A stretch of 64,000 nucleotides of DNA from the human T2T-CHM13v2.0 reference genome, Homo sapiens, in assembly GCF_009914755.1 (NCBI RefSeq), contig NC_060928.1. One strand, written 5' to 3'. The notes beneath the pieces were generated by a model. That model searched no databases and was not told where the DNA came from. It worked only from the letters and a program-made list of their open reading frames with translations. The translations under genes and the position numbers were made by a program. Below, one piece after another: positions 1-13,378 of the stretch (the first letter of the stretch is position 1; every line of letters begins with the position of its first letter).

Positions 1-3
1 TAC

Positions 4-92
4 CTGTGCTCCATAGATATATTTATCCAACATTTTGCCTCCTATTGTCTGCCCTCCTATATCCCAAATTTGAAGGGTAACATTCAAGTTTC
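4..92 (-). CDS. RAB28: RAB28 coding exon 3 (89 bp): (G)[29 protein letters not shown], with the G3/switch II motif
   Basis: Manual translation of the minus strand. Acceptor ttctag|GA at 94-93, donor CAG|gta at 3-2. Phase fits exon 2. WDIGGQ is the RAB28-type version of the Rab WDTAGQ motif. Confidence 0.98.
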
Positions 93-3000
93 CTAGAATA
101 TAAAAAATGAATATAAAAATAAGAATACCAAAAAAATTAAGTAACAATACAACAAGTGACACAGTATCACAGAATACTAAGTCACAATAAGAAACTCTGA
201 GCCCAATTTGCCTTTATGTGCAGGCTCACATGATATTTGGAATTGCGAAAACAACGTCAAAAGAAATTATAGTGGGGAATCTAGTTTTATCTTTTTACTC
301 CATTTCCATGGAACCATATTTACAATCACCTTCAAAACAAAAGAAAATAAAGTAAGCTTTAATTTGTAAACTTAAGCCTTAGAAAAATGTTTTTCTTAGA
401 GAACAGAATGAAGCACATGTCCATGGAGCAAGAAATATACTTTAAAAATAAAAACTGAAGCTTTATATACTCAACCATCCAATCATACATATGAATTCTG
501 TCGTAGGTTCTAAACTCTATGGCTTCTAAAACTCATGGAATAATAGCAAACTACAAAAATGCACCCATAATTTCAGCTCAAATTAATGAATCTTTTTATA
601 ATGTGATTGTCAGCTACTATCGGATATGGCAAACATAGTCAAAAAATTACGTTTTCAAATTTAACCCACAAAATAGAAACGCATTTGATAGCCCTATTCA
701 GAACAAACGTAGGATACATACCATGTATATCACTAAATATTACAATGCTTTCAAACCTGTTCAAAGTATTTCCATTTAAACAAACTATGTATACTTCCAA
801 GCCTTCACAAAATACTGTAACTAATCATCTTCCCCATACAAGCATTGTAAAAGCATTCTAAAAGGCAATCTTTAAAAATCCTTTTGTGCATTTTATAAAA
901 TATTTGGTTGATACAAAAATTTATGAGATAAGCTATTCTCCCTTCTCAATGCAACTGATGAGTAAGCTTACAAAAGCCAAACTATGCTTTTTAGTTGAAC
1001 ATTTTAAACTATTCCCCTCATATAATTATGCAGTTTTCTCCAGTTTCAATTAGCACTTTTTGAATGATTTGCAAATCAAAAGAAAATAAAAGATTAGAAA
1101 CTGAAAAATGATCTCATTTCAAAAAAAGATTATAAAGATATAAATTTATAAGCCAACATAAAATACTAAAATCAGAGAAAGTTAGTCATACCATTTAACT
1201 ATGCAACTGAAAAGAAAAAGACATTTGATTAACCAGCACAGTTTTCTAAATTTTGGTGGGTTTGTATTACAATCTTTCCATTATTTAAACATAGGTTGTT
1301 CCATCTGCCACTGCGCAGAGGATTTCCATGAGGAACTTCCATTAGCATTAATGAGCGCTAATGTTTTATCACCATCATTACCACAGACACACACTTTCAA
1401 CACTTAGACTAATGACTAAAATGTTCTTAAAGCCCTATGAATATGAAAACCAAAATGTCACAGACTAAGATTTGTCCAAAAACTTGTACAAATCGAATTT
1501 CTCAAAAATCTAAATTTTTTGAGATTCAAGGCTGAATTCTTCTATAATGCTGTCTCAAATGAAGCAGATGAGAAAGGGCTAGCCATCACTAAGAAGTATA
1601 TAAACTAGTTTCAGAAACCCCTAAGCAGGCAGTAGTCTATTCATTTTACTTGCACAACTCTTTAGGGTTATTTGATTACTTCAAAAGACAGTGCTTAACA
1701 ATACTAACTTTTACAGAGTAAGATTTTAGGCAATACTTAGTAAGTGCTAAAAGGTGTTTAATCCCATTTTTCTCAGAGCCAATGGTCCTTATTGCTTAAC
1801 CTCACATCAAGAAATATAAAGCTTTTTTAAGTTCTGATATTCAGATCCTATCTGAATTAGGTGTTGTGAACACTTTGACTGTAATTTTAGGAACATGATC
1901 TTCATTACATGTTTTCAAATTCTGACTACAATCATATCAAGACCCTAAATCATCTATCTATCCAACTGTCTCCCATCTAAGAGGTTCATAGTCATGTGTT
2001 GAGGATACTTTTTAAATGCATGCCTTTCTAAATAAACCCTGTTATCAGTGTTTGCCTGTTTTTTTTAACATACAAATTCCAGTGACTCAGAAATAAAAAT
2101 AGCTATGAATTACTGATAGTCCACTAATATAGAATGCTAACAAAAAATGACTATCTTTAGTTTCAATAAATGATATTTTAATATTACTTCTTATATCTAG
2201 AAATATATTTTTAACTCCACATTTTAATTTTAGGATTATTAACACATAAAACTAAAAATAAAATGTGGATTCCTTATTTGAGGAGCAAAATCCCATGAGG
2301 ATATGATTCAAATCAATATTCATTTTCATTTTTGCAGGCATAAACATATGAATTCTCCTAGTATATTTTCAAGATGACATACCTATAAAGCTATATAAGA
2401 ATATTCAAATAATATTATAATTTTGTTTAAATCAAGAATATATCTAATACAAATTTCTAACCAATAAAGAACATTAAGGAAATTGTCAGAAATCTAATCC
2501 CAAACACAAAATGCTGCAAAATTCCTGTTCCTCTGTAAGAAATGACATGTAACTAGGAGAAAAAATAAAATAAATGAGGTGACAAAACACAGGTAAGTTG
2601 CTTTTGGTATGAATTAAAGCCACCAAGAGGGTTCAACAGTGACCTTGTAAAAGTACACTTGGTGCCTTGGTTAACCTTACTTAAAGTGCTGCATAGTCAA
2701 GATGGAACTAAAAACACAAGTCTGCCCACTTCTTGTACTAAAGACTTAGAAATCTTTTTCACAGTAGAACGCTGTTTACTGGACTGTACCCACAAGCTTC
2801 CTGAAAGTATTTTGACTAAGGCTCTTAAGAAGCTCTATCAGCAGAATCTCTGACTAACAGATACACTATTTTAAGCAGTAAAATCTGCACAGTGGTTGCA
2901 TCCAGACTATACAGCATACCGGATCATGAAATATACTAAAATGGATGAGTATTTGCAAAGTAATGATCTTGAAAACTTGCATGAAGAGAATGTAAATAGA

Positions 3001-5115
3001 TGGACAGGAGGTTTACACCCCTAACAATCTAACTGGTCAGAGGACTTACCAGACTAGTAACAAATATTAGATTCACCGACTATGCTATAAATTCAATAAA
3101 GCTACCTGTAATGTTTTATTCAGCTAATGATACATTAATCATCCTACATGTGACACTTATAATGAATGTACATTAAAGTATATAAAGGATAATTATAAAC
3201 CTTGTAATTTATTCACCTCATTTCTTAATATACCTATTAATTATATAAAAACAAAATACATTAAAATATTTTTTCTTATTGAAATTTCTACCATAAGTTT
3301 GAGTCTGTTAAGTAGCATAAAACCAACTGCCTTAAAAAAAAAATAGAAGTTTTTTTCTGGAACTTTGCCATCAAAATAAAAACTTAATTAGGAAAATTAA
3401 AATATACATTCATTAGTATACATGCCCTAATGTCATTTTTTAACCTAATTACTAAGTCTAAAATATTATACTATAAATCTCGATTTCAAGAATATCAAAT
3501 ATTTTTTACAAAGTAATCAAAATTTTTAAATTGGTAGTGCTGGGCCACAGGTCAGAAATCATCATATCACCTGTATAAAATGTCTGAAAACCAGTCTTTG
3601 TTTTTAATATTTGAGTAGGTACTTGTTTATTTAAGCTTTTCAACTAAAAAATGAGAAATAATAAAGTAATGAGACAAGAAGTTGGTGGCTTTTCAAATTA
3701 AGCATCAAAACAAAATAGCTAATAATGAAATGCCACATTTGAGATTCTCTGTGTACAACTGGCATCTGTGAAAAAAACTCCTGCAAAAATAAGCTTCCAG
3801 CATCTGTATTATGTGATCTGTGTATGTATTCAGCTAGTGACTGCTGTTAAGTATTCTGAATGCAGCATAGATTATCCGTAAGAGTGAGAATAATAAAATT
3901 AAAATGACATTTTCAGTTTTGGATACAATAAAAGAAAATACAAATGAAACAAAGTACGCATATGTTTCTCCTTAAACCTCTTGCTGAACAATAACCCAGT
4001 AATGGAAAAATTGGAATTCTTTTTTTTCTCATGGGATATCTCCTAATCTATTTTTCACTGGTAGCCAAATACAAACTATCACAAAATATAGCAGAGTATA
4101 TTACTAAGGAGATAAGAAGAATACCTCCATTACCAAGAGTTTTCATTACCTACTCTAAAACTTTCATGGGGAGTTGTCTGATAGATGGGGTGTCTGAGAG
4201 GTTAACATATTTCAATAATAATTGGAATGTATTAAACCCCTTCCCACTGTATCACTCACATTTCAGTACATGAATCTGACATTACACTTGCAACCATTTT
4301 CTCCAAATGTGCTTCCTCACAGAGGAGAGAGATGGATGGTTTATAAAGTCAATCAAGATAAACTGCTTTTAATAAAATACTTTAAACATATAATTTAACC
4401 ATTGAAATTGAAAGGACAGCATTTTAAAGCCCCAATTGTTCAGAAACTAACTTAAAACATAAACCACTCTTTCTTTGTTATTATTTCCCCGTATTTCCCA
4501 CAAAATGTGCTGCAACTGGCATCTAAATAGTTTCTTTGCATGGTGAAGTGAAACATCTTGAATGCTCAAACTGTATTTTTATGAGTGCCTAGGGACCCTA
4601 AATTTTAGTGGTCTATTAAATGCCAGCAATTTCATGCTGCCTTGCATAAAACAGCATTCACATATTAGAGCACAGAAGTTCCATAGCTACATTATACTTC
4701 TGTTCCAACTTTAAACAAAAAACTAAAACAGAGGCAAATCAAAATAATATTTTAAAAAATAATCCTTCCCAATCTTTTCACATTTTGTTAATACAATATC
4801 TGTTGACAAATGTACAGCACTTAATTTTTTAAAAGCTTTTCACAATTTTATAAGCAACCATTGTTTATCCTCAAAAAATGTATAGTAGCCAAAAACAGGG
4901 AAGGAGTGGGAGAGTATATAAACTTTTTCTTATACCCATGGACAATATGCTTTCATGATAGATTGTGATGAAAGTTAACATCCCTAAGATAAATTTACTG
5001 TTTATATACATCTTCATGTAGAAGCAGCCCCAAAATTTTACACATTTCTTTCTTATGCCACTTATTGTTAAGATTTTTTTATAATCTTCTACGTTAAGAC
5101 TTTTTAGTCTCTTAC

Positions 5116-5212
5116 CTGGCAATGTTATCCTTCTCAAAAAGAAATCCAGTCCTATAGTTTGTTTGTACTGTTTCCCAAAAGTTTCTTGAGCAAAACACGT
5201 AGTTAAGGAGGT
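5116..5212 (-). CDS. RAB28: RAB28 coding exon 2 (97 bp): [32 protein letters not shown](G), with switch I/effector loop
   Basis: Acceptor ttttttag|ACC at 5214-5213, donor CCAG|gtaaga at 5115-5114. YKQTIGLDF is the Rab effector motif. In frame with exons 1 and 3. Confidence 0.98.
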
Positions 5213-7206
5213 CTAAAAAATTGATGCACAGAATGTCAAAATTAATTCATTAAAGAAATGTAATCATAAGACCACTATAAATCTTAAGCAATCTTAACAT
5301 GTATATTGCAATTAATCCAACAAGCAAATTTAAGCAGTTCTAATCAGTTACAAGGAGGGGAGAGACTTAACACCACCAGGTAAATTTTACTTGCCAGCAG
5401 CTATCGGTAGGGACAACGAACTAATGAGTTAGATCTCTTTAAATCCCCTGCTTGTCAAGATCCTTTTCCTTGCTGAAAATTAGAATTTGAGAGTTATCAA
5501 CAGAAAAAAAAACTAAAAAATAAATAAATAAAGATCTGAATTATTTTAAAACATAATTAAAGATCTAATCTAACTTAGATCAGCTTCTGAGGTTAAATAT
5601 TCTGAGGGTAGCTGAGCACTAAGCTAATAATAAGAAGCATTCATTAAGGAGGGAGAAATCTGCTTACAGAATTTTTCTTTTTCCCACAAGAAAAGCACCG
5701 TATGTAATTTTTCTTTATTTTTAAAGATGCTAAATGAAAATGACCCTAAAGAAAGACTGTGACAATATGTACCTCTTAAATAAACGTATTTTTAAGATTA
5801 ATATAAAGCAGACAAAATGAATATTTTCCATCCAAGAACCATAATGCCAAGAAGTCACAAGCTATCATAACCAGAACAGATATACATTTGTTTTTTAATA
5901 GAAACTGAAAGTTTTAGTCAAAAACTCTGGAGTTTTCTTTTTAAAGTACCATTTCTTATCAAAGCAAAAGAATAATTATTCTAGTAACAACTGAATAACA
6001 ATAACTTAACAAATTCTTAAACATTTTAAATGCACTATTTTTATTTATAAACTTCCTCCAAAAAAGAGAAAGGCAACTTCACTAAGCTTTTATGCTCTTC
6101 AAGACAGACTCCCTACTTTAAGAGAAAATAGCCGTTTTTTATTTTAAAAGTTAAAATTACATGTCAACTCTTAAAATAATGAAAACTAAGATAAATTTCC
6201 AAGATAGCTTATTACAGTTCCTTATGACATAAGCAGTACAATAGTGCAAAAGAAAATTTGGCCAAACTTCAATTCCTTTTAGCAAGATCATCTAAAATTC
6301 CTTTTACACAGAACCATATTTTTCACACAAATGGCAATTTGGACACCATAACTCCAAATATTTTTGGGTTTAAATACCCAGCATTTGTAATAAATTTCGA
6401 AGATAATTGGCCAAGTATTTGTTGAGCACTACCATATAAAGGGTATTCTGCTAGACATCTAGAAACAAACACATTTGTTATATTTTTGACACATGTAACA
6501 CTATCAAAACTGAGAGATCAGAATTGAAAAGATAGGTATTTCTTTTTACAGACCATTGTTTCTCATCTACACTATATTATTCTACTGATCTTATCTAACT
6601 TAGACCACAAAATCATCTTTGAAGAGGTTCAGAATTCTAGAAAAAAATAACTATCACTACTTATACTATTACAGATATTTCAAAATATTTAATAGACTGA
6701 TGGTTGAAATACTTAAAGGTCAAAGAGAAACTGAAGGCATGTGTAACATTCACGTAATGTCATTTGAGATAATTTTTCACTTTAAAGAATCTCAGAGTTC
6801 AATATTTTCATGTTAAGGAATATTCAGAAAAATTCTAAGAAAGTTTCTTTTCCTGAAAAAGTGACTTCTAGATTTTGAAAGCCCTGCTTTCACACTTTTG
6901 AGGCAAACATAAAGCTAGGATTTTCAACTGGAATCGAGTGTAAACTGTCAAAAATACAGGTTACTGGGAACATACAGAGTATTAAAGTAAGTTCTTACTA
7001 TATCATCTCCCGATGTCTTGAGATAAAAATTGAACAGAGAATCAACTGAATCAGTGGGGGTCACTTTCTCTTCACTTATCTAGACTGCATGCTATCTTTC
7101 ACATTCAATAATTTCTCAAGTCACTGTATAAATACCCTTCTTAATTACAGGTATTAAGTGAACAACTAGCTCCCATATCAGAAATATTTTTATCTGAATC
7201 TTTATA

Positions 7207-7268
7207 TTTTTTGATTTGGAAAATTTCTACTAACATTTTTGACTTGGTAAATTTCTACTAACATTTTT
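7207..7268. repeat. 28-bp tandem duplication (about 2.2 copies) in RAB28 intron 1
   Basis: tttttgatttggaaaatttctactaac followed by atttttgacttggtaaatttctactaac. Confidence 0.85.
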
Positions 7269-9129
7269 TAACCATGCTACATTTACAAACACTGAAAAGA
7301 CAGAAAAAAAAAGAATATTTTGCCTCAAAAAGCTCTTAAGAGATTATGTAATAAAAGAAAAAATATGAATCAGAAAAGGAAAGAAATAGAAACACGTGAT
7401 ACTGGAAGGAGGAGCTAAATTTCTCTTGGAGAAACTGTTAGTCATCATCTCAATACTCTATTGCATCTGTCAGTGTGTTGAAAAATGCTCAGAGTTAGAT
7501 TGAGCAGGAAAAACAAATGCCAGGAAAAAAGAGCCAAGAGTTAAATCAGGATACAAGTAAGAATGAAAGAGAGGCTGAGTTCACAAAGAAAAGAACAATA
7601 AAGGAAAAAGAATGGGAATGTTGGTGGCTGCCAAGTATTTGAGAACTGAATAGGGTATGGAGAAAAAAATTCTTGATTTAAGAATAATGAAAGGTTAGGT
7701 GTCAGATGTTTGTGTCTGGAAGTTCCTGTTAGAAAAAGCTGTTACAGTTTTAAAATAAGTTATTTAGTCAAGATAATGAAGATTAAGTCAGAGCACCATA
7801 AAAAATATTAACTGTTATCCTTTGAAGCAGAATGATAATACTAATTCAAAAACATGGAAGTGAAAAAATTATCCTGTCCTATACAAGAAAAAATTTTAAA
7901 CAGAGATAAAAAACCATAATTATTCACACTAAATTAGCAACAAAGAGGAAACATGTATGATAGGCTAAATAAAAAACTCAGACGCAAAATTATGAACAAA
8001 TTTCACTAAGTAATATATGTACAATAAATACTGTTAGAAAAATGAACAACAGTTTAAAGAATTATGATAGCATATAGGATAACCAGCAATTTTTGTGTCT
8101 TTTTACAAATGTATTGTTATGAGTTGTCATTATCATTTTAAATGGGAAATAAGATCAGTTATGAATTGAATACAGTAAAATTTAAGAGCCAAAACCTTAG
8201 ACGGCCTTCAAAAGAAAATCTAAATGATGAGAAAACTATAAAAATCTAACAAACTTTTTATTGAATAAAGGTGTTAGAAACAATGATTTATTTATAGCAA
8301 TTCATTCATTCGAAAAGTTTACTAAGTATACAAAAATTAATATACTTTATAAAGAAAAGTTACCCCAAGTTCCTTTCTTCCCCCAACGTTTAAAGGTAAT
8401 CAGAGCATATTGTTTTCCTCAGCTTTAAAAATCTGTAACAAAGGATCCAAGAAGACAAGAAAGAAACAAAAAAATACTTCAAATTTTGCATATAAAATTT
8501 TACATCTTTCCCAGGTGACCTCGAAACTCAAATGTCAGAACCAAAGGCAGAAGCAGGTATCTGGGCAGTGCCAACTGTCAGGGAGGATGCAAAGAGAAGT
8601 CGTCACCAGAGAAACCAGGGTCCGAAATGCAACCAGCAACAGGGAAATGTGAAGCCTTAAACAGGAAATAAAAGCCTGGGTTTCTTTAGACTATGGTTGG
8701 GATAAGGAAGGGGAGTACAGGGGTGATAAACTTTAGCAATATTCCCAGAAAGTGTTGGCGCCTTTGACAGAAGCATGGGAAAGAAGGCATCCGGGTAGAG
8801 GCTCTTCACTATTTGCTGGTGGAGGGATCATAGACCCCTCTGAGATCTTATGGACCCTCTCCCCAGAGCACGTACCGGGCAGTATTTACTCCATTTCAGG
8901 AGTTCCACAGCCTTGGGGTAGGAGCCCCTGCCTAGGAGATAATAAGACTGACGCTGCCTGATATTCTCACGCCCGCATTCATTCATTCGAACAGGGGATC
9001 CCTTTTGTCACGCAAGCAGCTCTACCCTCAGCATCCTACCCGTAACAGGAGCTCCATAAACACTTGTTGACTGACTGCTTGTATCGAGTGCTGAGCTGGA
9101 AACAGAGGTGATGAACAGGTATGATATTA

Positions 9130-9340
9130 AAATAGCAACTAGAGTGTACTGAGTGGACACTGTGCTCTAAAGGTTTTATGTGTATTTTCACATTTAATAT
9201 GTATTTTCACATTTCTCCCTTTGCGGCGGCCCTTTTCAATACCCATCTTACAGATGAAGCTTAAACTGATTAGCAATTTGCCCTCCAATGACCCGACGAC
9301 TAAGTGGCAGAGCCCCAATTCTCACCCGGGGAATACTGAT
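9130..9340 (-). mobile_element. MIR SINE remnant
   Basis: cccatcttacagatgaag...taagtggcagagcc resembles the MIR core. Confidence 0.6.
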
Positions 9341-9758
9341 TCCAGAGCTACGCTCCTGGGAGCTCACGATGCAGTAGAAGCATCAGAAACGGTAAAGGGG
9401 GTGGGAGGGGAGGAGTAAGTGTGACCCAGACTACAAGTAAGAGGAGCTAAGATGCCTTGGCAAATCCCTGCCAGTCCTGAGAGGCGGGAAGCTGAAAGGC
9501 TGGCCCGAGTCTTGCAGGAGTTCGCAATCCAGGCGGGGAGTTAGGAAGTGACTCTTTTTTAAGGGGGAGCTGGACAGCTCTCGTCGGCCTTCACCAAGCG
9601 CCCACTTCGTGTCCGGCCTCAGGCCACACAACCAGAAGGGCCCGGGCCTAGAAGCCCGAGGGCTCGGGGTAACGAGGCGACGCCGGGCGGCGGGGAGGAG
9701 GCCGGGGACCGCCGGGGTTCCTGCAGGCCTGGGACGGCGGGCCTGCTCGAGGACTGAC

Positions 9759-9833
9759 CTTCCCGGAGGCGCCGTCCCCCAGCACGACGATTTTCAGTTG
9801 CCGGTCCTGGCTCTCCTCCTCAGAGTCCGACAT
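9759..9833 (-). CDS. RAB28: RAB28 coding part of exon 1 (75 bp): [25 protein letters not shown]
   Basis: ATG at 9833-9831 (gacaccATG), donor AAG|gtcagt at 9758. The P-loop GDGASGK|T is completed by exon 2. Recognised as the RAB28 N-terminus. Confidence 0.98.
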
Positions 9834-10364
9834 GGTGTCCCGGGAACCAGGCCCGCCCCTCGAGGTGGGGGGGGAAGGGAAGGATGAAGGCTCCGGGGGC
9901 GGGGGAGAGGAGGAAGGGAGGTAGTTGCGGCAGGACCCCCGCCCCGGTGTCTCCGCGCCGGCAGGAGGTATTCGAGGAGAATCACTCGGCAAGCGCCATC
10001 TTGCCCACCTCCCCGCCCTCTGCGCGCGGCCCCGCCCCCTACGCGCACGTCGGGCGCGCGCCCCCGCCTCAGAGCCAACCCGCGCCGACCGGCGGCCCCG
10101 CCTGACGAGCCGAACCACTCGCGGCCCTGGACTGGTGTGGGGGACATTCCGGCGGGAGAGGCGAGGCGCTGCGTTTCCCTTCAGGAGACAGTTGGCTAGA
10201 AGAAGAAAAGAAGTGTTCGTTCAAATTAAGGAGAGAAAACGGGAGCAGAGCAGCTTTCAGGCGTTCCATCAAATTCCCTTTTCTCCTTCCCTCTTGAGAA
10301 AGTCTCTGAAGGGAATGGTTCAGCCTGACGGGGTGGAGCAGTGACGCCCGGGCTACGCGCCAGG

Positions 10365-10377
10365 GTTGCCTGGCAGC
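10365..10377. promoter_or_regulatory. Candidate RFX X-box GTTGCC-T-GGCAGC
   Basis: One mismatch to GTNRCC(N0-3)RGYAAC, inside the promoter island of a ciliary gene. Confidence 0.6.
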
Positions 10378-10696
10378 CAGGAGTTCGAGGACCGGCGGCG
10401 GGGCGGGGCCTGTCTCCGGGCACCCGGGACGCCCGTAGCCTGGCGGAGAGCGCCAGAGAGGGCCCCTGAAAAACCGGACCAGGGAAGAGGGTACCTCGGG
10501 GCGGATGAGGGGACAGCTGCTAAGGGCCGAGGCTGCTGGGAAGCCTCAGTAGCGGCCGTGAATACAGTGGAGCTCCGGCGCTGCTTATTTCGGCCTAACT
10601 CTTGGTTTCCTCATCTGAACAACCCCAGGCTCCCATGGTTCGTTCATCAGACGCTACTGATCGCCAACCTCCTGGCACCCCATCTTTACCCTAAGG

Positions 10697-11021
10697 CAGC
10701 AGTTCTCATAAAGTGTGGTCTAGGGACCTCTGGAAATCCCGATGACCTCAGAACAATTTTCATAATAATACGGACACCTTGTCTGTCTTTCTCACGTTCC
10801 TTCTCTCACTAGTATACCGTTTCCTGGAGGATACGCTTTGTGTACGACGTCATCACTGGCAGCTAAGGGAGCTTGCGTTTGTTGTTTTTAAACATTTCTC
10901 AGTTTTCATTTCAATGCAGTAGTGATAGGTGTAACCCACATAAACATAAGCTCTTTGGAGGTCACAGTAATTCTTTAACATTATAGAGAGGCCCTGAGTC
11001 CAAAAAATTTAAGAACTGCTG
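10697..11021 (+). mobile_element. Non-autonomous hAT-Charlie DNA transposon (Charlie1-like deletion derivative)
   Basis: TIR-like ends cagcagttct.../...agaactgctg. Flanks ccctaagg / ccctggat look like a decayed 8-bp TSD. Subterminal aacccacataaacataagctctttgg. Confidence 0.75.
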
Positions 11022-11329
11022 CCCTGGATAATCTCAGTCCAGGAGCGTTAGGTAAACGGCATAAATGAAATTTACAATTTAGTGAGGTAAATTCAAAAAT
11101 AATAATGCTGTCCTGCTATGGTTGTTTCATTGTTAATCACTTAAAATTTATTGTTACCTTTACTACTATTAGGAATTATGAAGTATAATTATCCCCATTT
11201 TGCAGATGAAGTATCTTAAGTTAACAAAATGCTTAGCCCAGAGGCAGTAGTCTTGGAGACCATATGGGCATTAGAACAGGAAAGCAGAACAGTGTAAAGA
11301 AATGCCCAGACCTAGAGGCATCACTGGAG

Positions 11330-11500
11330 TTTAATCTCAGGTTTACTAGATATGTGTCCTCGAGCCTCAGTTAGTTCACCTGTAGAACAGACTACTGCCT
11401 TTGTGTAGGTTTGAAAATTAAATGAAATAATCGGCATAAAGTAGATAGCACAATGCCTGGTGTGTAGTAAGCACTCAATATTAACCAGTGTAACTATCAC
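11330..11500 (+). mobile_element. MIR SINE
   Basis: gagcctcagtt...cacctgtag...gcacaatgcctggtgtgtagtaagcactcaata. Confidence 0.7.
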
Positions 11501-12915
11501 CCTCATCATCATCATAATTAGATGATGGTCCGTGTTGGAAGTGTCACTACTTTCTAGCCAATTTACCTTATACAAGTTTCTTATGTAGAGCCTCAGTCTC
11601 TTCATCTGCAGAGAGGGCTGGCCCACAATTATAGGTACCCAGTTAAGTATTAGTACCCAATTCTTTCCCCAATCCCGCACCACCATTGCCACCACCAATT
11701 TTCTATTCACCAGATTTATTCATAAGAATTAGAAGAAAGAGGATATGTACTTGTTAGTGAGAAGAATCTACTTCCAGTGAGGACAGACTTAACCACTTCT
11801 TGTCCATGAGGGCAGTTAAAATGCAAGAAAATTTCTTTTCCAGTCTTCCTTAGATAGCTATGTGATCCACCGGACTAATGAGACAGAAGACAGTGTCCTT
11901 TGGAAGACATTTGTAAAAGAACCCTCCCCCCACCATTTAAAAAAAAGGAAAAGAAAAAAGGAGAGTTACAGGGGAGTCCTCCTCCTCCCTTCCTTTGCTG
12001 TCATTATTAGGTAAGAACAGGATTTTTGGAACTACTACACTTTGTTCACTCTATCTTCTCGGTTTCTTGTTATGGGAAATAATAATATGGTACTTTGGCG
12101 ATGAATTGTGTTACCTACAAACAAAAAAATTCCAACTGACATAACTACTTCGGCCAAAAACTAGATTTAGCTGAACTCATAGGCCTGATTTTCATATGTG
12201 GTTTTATATGAAGGGAAATCTAGAAGAAAGCTTCTCATTTTCCACTCATCAATTTCTGAGATGACTGCTTTGATTGAGAGACAACATTCATTTGGATATG
12301 GGTACATCAATAGGATAGTGTTATATAAAACAAAAAGTTGCACTATTTTAGGGATCATATTTTACACATATGGCAAGTTTCTGGGTTAAAAGTTAGAATT
12401 TAAAGACTTAGAGCCATTTTTATAAAGAAAAAGAAAAAAAAACTTTCTATGTGAGGAGGACCATTTTAGCATTGAGAGCTTCCAGTATGATACTCTGACA
12501 TACTAAAGAAACATAGAGCTGATCCACCAAAAAGAATATATCTTTGTGGATTCTCATGTACAATGCTCTTAACAGGGTCAAAAATTAGAGGAATGGTCTT
12601 CAGTCATTTTAAAACTAATAGACAAAAGGTTTATAAGAATTCTAGACATTGTATAAAATATCTTTTATAGCATCTCTAACAGATAATTATTCAAACCTTA
12701 TTTGAATACGTCCACATTCAAGGAGTTTCTTCCTTTATGAAGCAACCTGGCCTGTAGATGGATAGGCCTGGTTATTAAAATATTATCTCTGATGATGAGC
12801 CAAAGCTTATCACTATAAATTACAGCTAATGATAATAGGTATGTCTTTCTCAATAAAACGAAAACTCCCCATTCCACAGGAAGATGATCAAAGTGATTCA
12901 TTAATACTTAGTGAC

Positions 12916-13252
<337 letters not shown>

Positions 13253-13378
13253 TTAGTGACTGCCTACTGTGTACCAGGCATTCTTGTTCACAACTCCTCG
13301 AAACACTGAAAACACATAAGTGAAAAAAAACATACAAAAGCTCTGTTCCCATGGAATTTACATTCTGGTAGAGGGATA

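Larger units (their letters stand above)
9480..10600 (-). promoter_or_regulatory. RAB28: RAB28 CpG-island promoter, 5'UTR and start of intron 1
   Basis: Sharp GC/CpG-rich block around exon 1. GC boxes (ccccgcccc near 9937 and 10030), YY1-like CAAGATGGCG (minus, 9994-10003), GCGC-rich NRF1-like stretch 10021-10060, no TATA box. The exact TSS cannot be read from sequence. Confidence 0.92.

Noticed and set aside
4871-5137. 88-aa minus-strand ORF
   Set aside because: It is the end of RAB28 exon 2 (RRITLPG) read through the donor into intron 2.
8515-8690. Possible antisense terminal exon (acceptor at 8514, AATAAA at 8667-8672)
   Set aside because: These signals are common by chance in AT-rich introns, and there is no upstream exon or promoter support.
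9609-10812. Several 65-156 aa ORFs around the RAB28 promoter
   Set aside because: GC-driven stop scarcity and Arg/Gly/Pro-biased composition. Only 9759-9833 is real coding sequence.
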